DNA from: Candidatus Bathyarchaeum tardum
GTDB lineage: Archaea > Thermoproteota > Bathyarchaeia > Bathyarchaeales > Bathyarchaeaceae
NCBI GenBank assembly: GCA_024650005.2
Contig: CP122380.1
Coordinates: forward strand, 640,001-704,000
Reading direction: 5' to 3'
DNA length: 64,000 nt
Part shown: positions 7,653 to 14,484 of the stretch, in pieces
Position numbering within the stretch: the stretch's first letter is position 1
Layout: each line of letters begins with the position of its first letter
The notes under the pieces: model-generated
Told to the model about the DNA's origin: nothing
The model's input: only the letters and a program-made list of their open reading frames with translations
Database searches by the model: none
Made by a program: the position numbers and the translations under genes

Positions 7653-9070
7653 GAAGGCGTGAGACTCTTCGTGTTACGCATTTTGCTAGGCGTTATGATC
7701 GGGAGTCTGGCAAGTTCACTTTTAATATTGGGTACGAGACAAGGACAGATATTACAGATCGGACTGTTGAGGTTGCTGAAGCTTTTGGGATGGGGGTTAG
7801 TGAGACTCAGCAGCATGTCCTTTATGATAATGTTGAGTTGCAGATTGGACCAAGGGACATTGTGTATTTGACGGGTGACAGTGGTTCTGGGAAGAGTGTT
7901 CTGCTGAAGGCGATTGTGGCTGATTTGAGTCCGGGCGAGGCTGCTTGTTTGTCTGAGGTTGAGGTGAATCCGGATATGCCGTTGATTGATACTGTTGGAA
8001 AGACTACTGAAGAGGGGTTGAAGCTGCTCAGTAAGGTAGGGTTGAATGATGCTTTCTTGTTTGTTCGTCGTTATAGCCAGCTGAGTGATGGACAAAAATA
8101 CCGTTACAGACTAGCAAAACTGATAGAGTCTGGGGCGCAGTGGTGGGTCATGGACGAGTTTTGCGCTACTTTAGACCGGGAAACTGCAAAGATAGTTTCG
8201 TTTAATCTTCAAAAATTGGCTAGAACTCTTGGCAAAGCAGTTGTTGTGGCCACTACTCACATGGACTTGTTTGATGACCTGTCACCCAGCGTTCATATCC
8301 ACAAACGTTTCGGCAAAGAAATCAGCATCAAATATTACCCGAATACAATTCGAAAAGAATGTAGTTTGCTTGACGAAATGACCGTAGAAGAAGGAACATA
8401 CCAAGACTGGAAAAAAGTTGCAGGTTTCCATTACAGGAGCCACCGGATCGCGTTCATGCAAAAAATCTTTGTCTTAAAACGAAGAAACCAAGTTTGCGGA
8501 GCAATAGTTTACGTTTGCCCATTAAGTGTAGCTTCAGGAAGAAACAAAGTTCTAAAAATCAACAATATGAAAGAACTAAACGACAAATTAGCCCGAATAG
8601 CAAGAATTGTAATCCATCCAAAATATCGAACCATTGGAGCGTCGGTAAAACTCCTCAAAGAATCTTTACCTCAATGTGGAAAATCCTGCGTAGAAATGAT
8701 AGCTGTAATGGCAAGATACAACCCGTTTGCTGAACACGCAGGAATGACCAAAATCTGCGAATCCAAACCCGACAAAACAATCATTAACGCTACAGCTGAA
8801 CTTGAAAAACTAGGATTCACTTCATACCTCCTTGCAGTTCCCGAATATAACAAAAAAATGCTTAATGAACACATTCTAGACGTGAAAAATATTCTCAGTA
8901 GTTTCAGTTATCCGTACAATCGAAGAATAGCAGGATCTCACGGGCGCTTTACAAAAAAACATTACAAGAACTGGTTAACAAAAGATGATATTGATGAATT
9001 TGCAAATGCATTAGTGCGCCTTGCACAGCTAAATCAAACAAAAGTTTACCTGTTTTGGAAACAACAATAA
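7649..9070 (+). CDS. ABC-type ATPase fused to GNAT acetyltransferase domain
   Basis: GDSGSGKS, LSDGQ signature, WVMDEF, TTH; C-terminal FHYRSH and RIARIVIHPKYRTIG (GNAT motif A). No TM domain. Confidence 0.85.
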   Translation: MRRRETLRVTHFARRYDRESGKFTFNIGYETRTDITDRTVEVAEAFGMGVSETQQHVLYDNVELQIGPRDIVYLTGDSGSGKSVLLKAIVADLSPGEAACLSEVEVNPDMPLIDTVGKTTEEGLKLLSKVGLNDAFLFVRRYSQLSDGQKYRYRLAKLIESGAQWWVMDEFCATLDRETAKIVSFNLQKLARTLGKAVVVATTHMDLFDDLSPSVHIHKRFGKEISIKYYPNTIRKECSLLDEMTVEEGTYQDWKKVAGFHYRSHRIAFMQKIFVLKRRNQVCGAIVYVCPLSVASGRNKVLKINNMKELNDKLARIARIVIHPKYRTIGASVKLLKESLPQCGKSCVEMIAVMARYNPFAEHAGMTKICESKPDKTIINATAELEKLGFTSYLLAVPEYNKKMLNEHILDVKNILSSFSYPYNRRIAGSHGRFTKKHYKNWLTKDDIDEFANALVRLAQLNQTKVYLFWKQQ

Positions 9071-9073
9071 TAA

Positions 9074-9544
9074 ACAAACAACATCTTCAACCTAGCCTAC
9101 GAAGTATTATCTTGGAAAGTTCAGAGTCTCAATCACAGCAAAACTAGAACCATACCTTGGATTCTTATACTCAATGCAACATGGTAAACCTAGCCTAGTT
9201 CGTGACTTAATGGACATTTATCGATATTTGATAGATAATTTTCTGATTGGTTATTGTAGAAAACTGAAACCAAGAGATTTTATTGTAAAAACTAACAAAT
9301 TAGCTGAAACAAAAAAGGAAAACGAGAATATTTACTTGATACATTATCTAGAAACTTGACTAAAAAACTGGAAATAAATTTCCAATCAAACATTGATGTT
9401 CCAAGAATCAAAAATGGAAAAAATCAGACAATTGAAGCTTTAATTAATGAAGAAGCTTTGCTATTAGCTGAACACATAAGAGGTGAAAGATTAAAGTGGA
9501 CTCCAAGAACCTTTCTTCCACAAAACAATCAGAGAATCAAATAG
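9074..9544 (+). pseudogene. cas1: Cas1-family (solo/casposase-like) C-terminal remnant with two frameshifts
   Basis: Stitching three frames gives NNIFNLAYEVLSWKV / AKLEPYLGFLYSMQHGKPSLVRDLMDIYRYLIDNFL...DFIVKT / KKGKREYL...IPR-like VPRIKNGKNQTIEALINEEALLLA. This matches the Cas1 pattern LNxxYxxL...PYLGFLH...KPSLxxDxxExYRxxID. Confidence 0.75.
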
Positions 9545-10347
9545 AAGTTCCCAATGCAGAAGACATTGGCAAATTTTTTCAAGAGAAAGGATTGAAAAAC
9601 ACTTCAGAATGGATATTTTATATTATTAAAAACAAATTGCCTGACCCAACTAAAGACTTGGATGACATAATGACTTCACTAAGGAACGACATTCGAGTCT
9701 ATATGCAGGAATATTTTAATGATTCAAATTTTAAAGAAGATTGTTTTAACGTTATTTGGAATTTTATTCGCTTGGGGCTTTCAACAGGTAGAACACGATT
9801 TAGAAATTTAACTGGAGAATTAATTCCCCTTGTAAGTAAAACGATTCAAACCGACAAATTATTAGAGGATATCACAAAAGTAGCTCAAAAACTAGACCAA
9901 AAGCCAAAATTCTACCTGATTTGCTTTTATTATTTGATGTTAATGGAAGGCAACTTCAAGAATGTAACAAAAAATCTTTTAGCAATGAAAAGATTACGCG
10001 AGGGAAAAGATGTTAGTGTAACTGAAACTTTGGGACTCGTTACTTCAGAGAAAATTGAGGAAGATAAAAATCTTAAAGAGATTTTACCCGAGCGTTTAAA
10101 GAATGGTAAACATCAGAATTTGAGAAACTCTATAGCACATGCAAATTTTCGTTATATTGATACTGAAAATAAAATGGAATTCTGGGATGTTTATCCAAGA
10201 GATCAAAAATTTAGTATGAACCCAACAAAATTAACTTTGGCTGAATTTTCCAAGTCACTGATGGAAGTTTATATCTTCTGTGAAGTTTTTGGGTTCATTA
10301 TGTTAACAATACTTGCAATTAATGATCTTCTTATCCGCTATTCTTGA
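9496..10347 (+). CDS. Putative HEPN-domain protein
   Basis: Helical protein with an upstream E (MLMEG) and RxxxxH motif (LRNSIAHA). AGGTGA SD-like site at 9481 lies inside the cas1 remnant. Confidence 0.55.
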   Translation: MDSKNLSSTKQSENQIEVPNAEDIGKFFQEKGLKNTSEWIFYIIKNKLPDPTKDLDDIMTSLRNDIRVYMQEYFNDSNFKEDCFNVIWNFIRLGLSTGRTRFRNLTGELIPLVSKTIQTDKLLEDITKVAQKLDQKPKFYLICFYYLMLMEGNFKNVTKNLLAMKRLREGKDVSVTETLGLVTSEKIEEDKNLKEILPERLKNGKHQNLRNSIAHANFRYIDTENKMEFWDVYPRDQKFSMNPTKLTLAEFSKSLMEVYIFCEVFGFIMLTILAINDLLIRYS

Positions 10348-10436
10348 TTGAATGTTTTTTGTTGAATAAGATCAATTTATAATCAAAAAAATAATTAATA
10401 ATTGTTTAAAATAAAAATGACAACAGGTCAGGGATT

Positions 10437-11333
10437 ATGGGGGCATTTGGGGTAGAAAAAAGTTTCAAAAAAGCAGATGAATATACAAATTTGTTAACAG
10501 TAGCTTTGTCAACACTTAGCCTTTTAATGTCGTTGTTTATTGATTCGTGGACAACAATTTTTCTTCCAACTTTAATTATTTTTGGTCTTTTCTTTATAGT
10601 TATGAGGTTAAAAATAATTCATGAAGAAGATCCAATCAAAGGTTTTAAGTATAGAATGATCTTATGTTTCGGATTAACAATTTTAGGATTTTTTCCAATC
10701 ATATCTTATTTTGGTTTTCAGTTTATTGATGCTTTTTTAAGAAATTACTTTGGTCCACCTTTACATGAAATTATTGCACCTGAAGAATTAGTGAATATTA
10801 ATCTACTTGATTATAATTGGGGCTTTTTTTTAGACTCACTTACAGAAATTCCACTCCTTTTACAATTTGGACTAACATATTTTTTCTCTAAGAAAATTGG
10901 AGCAGTTATATCATCAAATGTTTCTAAAGAAAACAAAAAACTTGGTTCTGAATTAGAGGAAATAAACAGAAAAATATTATATTTCTCAGAAAATCGGTTC
11001 AGCAATTATTTTATAATTCTTTATATTTTTTGGTTATTATTTTATTTTGGAATTATTTTAAGTCAATATTACACCGCAATTCTTGTCGGATCAATGGAAA
11101 ATTATTTTATTGGTTTGCTTTCATTTTTGATTATTAATTCTCCATTTATTGTTTCTATGACCTTCATGATAGTCTGGATTATGCTTTTTAGCGATTTTTT
11201 GATTTCTGAAAAATATGATCGCCATTCACTAGCGTGGAATTTCTTTAAAATTTTTGTCGTAATTTGTTTTTACTTACTGTGGTACATCATTTTCCCAGAT
11301 ATATTGGCATTTCATCGTTCTTTAATTGGTTGA
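10437..11333 (+). CDS. Polytopic membrane protein, AT-rich cargo
   Basis: About 7 hydrophobic helices in very AT-rich DNA. Confidence 0.65.
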   Translation: MGAFGVEKSFKKADEYTNLLTVALSTLSLLMSLFIDSWTTIFLPTLIIFGLFFIVMRLKIIHEEDPIKGFKYRMILCFGLTILGFFPIISYFGFQFIDAFLRNYFGPPLHEIIAPEELVNINLLDYNWGFFLDSLTEIPLLLQFGLTYFFSKKIGAVISSNVSKENKKLGSELEEINRKILYFSENRFSNYFIILYIFWLLFYFGIILSQYYTAILVGSMENYFIGLLSFLIINSPFIVSMTFMIVWIMLFSDFLISEKYDRHSLAWNFFKIFVVICFYLLWYIIFPDILAFHRSLIG

Positions 11334-11363
11334 TTTGGGTTTGGGGGTTAAAATTTAACTTTT

Positions 11364-11834
11364 TTAGATGTAGTTCATTAATGTTGGCTGGCTTCTTAGC
11401 ACTATTGAGAGTAGTATCCATTTTTCTTCATTTTCAAGAGATAAAAATTCTATGTGCAGTTTTGTAGATTCTTCGTACAATTTCATTCTTTCTGCTGAGA
11501 TTTCAGCATATTTTTCATTCCAGATTGAAAGTTTTTTGTTATGTTCTTCCATCATTTCATTAAATGCCTGCAATTCTTCAGTTGACATACCAAAGATTTT
11601 ATCACCTGTTAATCTTCGCCGTTCTGGAACTTCAATTTCTTTTTCTTGTTGGTCAAGTCGCTTGATTTCTAAAGATATTTCTTTCAATCTTTTAGATATC
11701 TCAAGTCTCCTGACAAAATTAGCAGTCCATTCTTGTTTTTCCTTCTTGTTCGCTCTACGGATAGCTTCTTTTATTAATTCAGCAGGGTTTCTTTTCTCAG
11801 ATTCTTCAGTATTTTTTTCCATGGTGTTCGCCAA
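11364..11834 (-). CDS. Hypothetical coiled-coil protein
   Basis: 156-aa E/K-rich helical ORF. Confidence 0.55.
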   Translation of the reverse strand: MANTMEKNTEESEKRNPAELIKEAIRRANKKEKQEWTANFVRRLEISKRLKEISLEIKRLDQQEKEIEVPERRRLTGDKIFGMSTEELQAFNEMMEEHNKKLSIWNEKYAEISAERMKLYEESTKLHIEFLSLENEEKWILLSIVLRSQPTLMNYI

Positions 11835-11878
11835 AATAAAATTTTATCTGGCTAGACGTGTTCGAAATTATGATCAGA

Positions 11879-12016
11879 CTATGGATGTGCAATGATTTTT
11901 CCACATTTTGGGCAATGTATGTGTCGTGAACTGTTTTCGGAGTTATATCCGGATATTTTTGCATCTTTTTTAGGTAAAACGTAGCCACATTTTGGGCAAC
12001 AATACGAGTTTTTCAA
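11879..12016 (-). CDS. Small Zn-ribbon protein (45 aa)
   Basis: TTG start preceded by GAGGGGG on the minus strand; two CPKCG knuckles. Confidence 0.6.
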   Translation of the reverse strand: MKNSYCCPKCGYVLPKKDAKISGYNSENSSRHIHCPKCGKIIAHP

Positions 12017-12165
12017 GTCAACCCCCTCACATAGATTAGAGGTTAATTCTATAATACATATGTATACATAAATTTTTTGTAAAAGACTTAGAGATACAAA
12101 AACCGTAAAAACAAGAATAACATTATCAAAATCAGATAGTTTCCTGTCAGGGTAGGGGCTGTACT

Positions 12166-12543
12166 GTGCCAAGGCGCAAACAGAAGACCGGAAGAATTTC
12201 AGTTTTCAAAGGACGAGAAGCCAAACTGAACTCTGCAATCTTCCAAATCTTGGCTCTTGAAAGCCCGTTGACCATTTATGATGTTTGCAAAAAAATCAAG
12301 ACAAAAAAGGGACTAATGCATACTAAATATACTAACGTTAACCGAAGAATAAAAGAACTAAAAAAATCCGGTTACCTGCAAACCAATGGAATAAGAAAAA
12401 CAAAAGCAGGATTTCAAACGATTCTTTATCAGATGACTACCCGGGCGTATTTGGCTGTTGCTTTAAACATACTTGACTTGGACAACTTTATCCAAACAGT
12501 CAACGAAGAAAAAGCTACAGTAATGCTAGCAGTCTTAGCGTAA
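12166..12543 (+). CDS. Winged-HTH transcriptional regulator of the element
   Basis: PLTIYDVCK...YTNVNRRIKELKKSGYL...LYQMT wHTH pattern. Confidence 0.75.
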   Translation: MPRRKQKTGRISVFKGREAKLNSAIFQILALESPLTIYDVCKKIKTKKGLMHTKYTNVNRRIKELKKSGYLQTNGIRKTKAGFQTILYQMTTRAYLAVALNILDLDNFIQTVNEEKATVMLAVLA

Positions 12544-12592
12544 CATCGATCGATATGTCATTTTTTGGACACTGGACTTTGTAATTGACTCT

Positions 12593-12609
12593 AAAGTATA
12601 CTATACTTT
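12593..12609. promoter_or_regulatory. Perfect inverted repeat AAAGTATA-C-TATACTTT, candidate operator
   Basis: 8-bp arms, intergenic, upstream of the three-gene run ending in the integrase. Confidence 0.4.
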
Positions 12610-12665
12610 GCAGGGGGCAGAAATCTCTTAACTTTTCAAACAGGCATAGATAACGGTGAAAATAT

Positions 12666-12908
12666 TTGGTTTTTGTTGTGGAAGACTGGGACTCTTTAAA
12701 AGAGTATGCTGGCGACAAACAAGGATTTTATCAAATTCTCGCAGTTGAAAACGGCGTACAAATCAGGGTATCCACTGGCGAGATCGGTTTTAAGAAAACC
12801 TTCCAAAACAGTAAGGATCCATTGCTTGACAGCATAACAAAATTTTGCGCGCTGCTTGACTACATCAAAGTAACCCAGAACATTCCTGCTGACAAATTCT
12901 TCAGATAA
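12666..12908 (+). CDS. Hypothetical protein
   Basis: 80-aa ORF with GGTGA SD-like site upstream. Confidence 0.65.
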   Translation: MVFVVEDWDSLKEYAGDKQGFYQILAVENGVQIRVSTGEIGFKKTFQNSKDPLLDSITKFCALLDYIKVTQNIPADKFFR

Positions 12909-12947
12909 ACACCAGGAGAAAAAACAAGAAACAAAGGTGAAATAAAA

Positions 12948-13244
12948 ATGATAGCGGGTAAAACAGTCCAAAAAGGTTCAGCAGTGTACATTCGTTACTT
13001 GGATCATACATTGAACTGCAGTATTGTAGAAGTGGTGGTCCGTGAAACAATGGGCTGGATTACCCAAGAAATAGGAAACTTCGTATGCATACAACACGAC
13101 AGAACCGTTGAAACCGTAAACAGTTCAACTGGTTCAGCTAACGGTCAAATTTTACGCAAAAACTGCATCCTAGAAATCCGTGTTATAAAGAAAAAGGGAG
13201 AGCTAACCCAAACTGGAAGCAGCATCTGCAATTATGTGCCCTGA
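12948..13244 (+). CDS. Hypothetical protein
   Basis: ATG with AGGTGA upstream; overlaps the integrase start. Confidence 0.6.
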   Translation: MIAGKTVQKGSAVYIRYLDHTLNCSIVEVVVRETMGWITQEIGNFVCIQHDRTVETVNSSTGSANGQILRKNCILEIRVIKKKGELTQTGSSICNYVP

Positions 13245-14394
13245 CTGTGGAAGCACCACATACTGGAAAGACGGCGTTCGATATACTGAATGGGGTAATG
13301 TTCAACGATATGTTTGTCGAGATTGTGGTTACAGGTTCAGTGAAACTTGTTTGAACCATTTTGATGGTTTGGAACCGATAAAAAATATTCATTGGCAGTC
13401 ATTAAATATGCCTTTGAGCCTACCTTTTAATCGCCAAATCGGCGTCAGCCAGCCAAAGGCGGCGAAAAATTTGGTCAAAGTGGAAACCAAAACAAAAGTC
13501 AGAACCTCACCACTTGCAGAAAAACTTGTGAACTACATCTTATATCTGAAGCGAATAGGAAGAAAAGACTCGACAATCGAGACATACCACGACTACATCC
13601 GTATTCTAAGCAAATCTAACTTAGACGATCCTGACGAAATAGCTTTGTTCATACACGACCATTTTAAAGAAAACAGTAGCAGAATCTCAGCCGTTTATGC
13701 ATATGATGCATACCTGAAAAGCCTTGGTAAAACATGGGATAGACCCAAATACATAGCTGAATCAAAACTGCCCTTTATACCCACTGATGAAATGCTCAAA
13801 AACACACTAATGACAGGAAGAAAAACCAGCATAGCTTTTACAAAAATACTTTATGAAACCGGTTGTCGCACTAATGAAGCAGAACGGGTAGAATGGGAAG
13901 ACATAGATTACGCAAGAAAAAGAATTTACATACGTGCTTCAAAAAAAGGGAAGGCCCGATTCATACCAATAAGTGATGATTTGATAAACTTACTCAGCAG
14001 GCAACCTAGAACAGACGAAGTCAATGTTTTTGAAAAAAGAAGCAAAGATGCACGAAGAGCTTGTTTCAGTAAACGCATGAAAAGACTCGCTAGATTGACA
14101 CAAGATAGGAAATATCTAAAAATTCATTTGCATACATTCCGCCATTGCTTTGCTCTTCGGACATATCATCGAACAAAAGACATCTTACACCTCAAAATGT
14201 TAATGGGTCACAAAAGTCTATTGACAACACAACGCTATGTAGAAATTTATTGCCAACTATATGACAGTGGAAAACCAACCCAATTTATTACCAAAATTGC
14301 AACAACAAAAAAAGAGAGATGTAGCTTAATCAATGAAGGCTGGGAGTTCATAAAGAATGATGGTGACGATTGGTATTTTAGAAAACCTAAGTGA
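13234..14394 (+). CDS. Tyrosine recombinase/integrase with N-terminal Zn ribbon
   Basis: ETGCR, SKKG, HTFRH, MGHKS, TQRY catalytic set; CPDC...QRYVCRDC N-terminus. Confidence 0.93.
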   Translation: MCPDCGSTTYWKDGVRYTEWGNVQRYVCRDCGYRFSETCLNHFDGLEPIKNIHWQSLNMPLSLPFNRQIGVSQPKAAKNLVKVETKTKVRTSPLAEKLVNYILYLKRIGRKDSTIETYHDYIRILSKSNLDDPDEIALFIHDHFKENSSRISAVYAYDAYLKSLGKTWDRPKYIAESKLPFIPTDEMLKNTLMTGRKTSIAFTKILYETGCRTNEAERVEWEDIDYARKRIYIRASKKGKARFIPISDDLINLLSRQPRTDEVNVFEKRSKDARRACFSKRMKRLARLTQDRKYLKIHLHTFRHCFALRTYHRTKDILHLKMLMGHKSLLTTQRYVEIYCQLYDSGKPTQFITKIATTKKERCSLINEGWEFIKNDGDDWYFRKPK

Positions 14395-14397
14395 AGG

Positions 14398-14462
14398 TTA
14401 CGGTAAACACTCAAAAGTTCACCTAAAAGCTAATTTAGTTGCCTGTTAATTTTACGGTAAAC
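14398..14462. repeat. Two copies of TTACGGTAAAC (palindromic core TTAC-G-GTAA) between integrase and valS
   Basis: Exact 11-mers at 14398-14408 and 14452-14462. Confidence 0.6.
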
Positions 14463-14484
14463 TAGCATTCACTGAGGCTAACTG

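Larger units (their letters stand above)
1..14462. mobile_element. Integrated provirus-like element (tailed-virus structural module + terminase + cargo + tyrosine integrase); left end lies outside the window
   Basis: Co-oriented tail, TerL and integrase genes. Housekeeping genes resume abruptly at valS (14485). The right boundary is approximate and no tRNA att site was seen. Confidence 0.85.

Noticed and set aside
12017-12172. N-terminal extension of ORF 11879..12172
   Set aside because: It runs through an AT-rich divergent promoter region; an SD + TTG at 12016 fits better.
9074-12200. CRISPR array or cas operon near the cas1 remnant
   Set aside because: No regularly spaced repeats and no cas2/cas4/effector genes were seen.
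9074-14394. Complete casposon
   Set aside because: No family B polymerase or terminal inverted repeats recognised, and cas1 is broken.
14395-14484. tRNA attachment site after the integrase
   Set aside because: The 90-nt AT-rich gap has no cloverleaf or T-loop motif.
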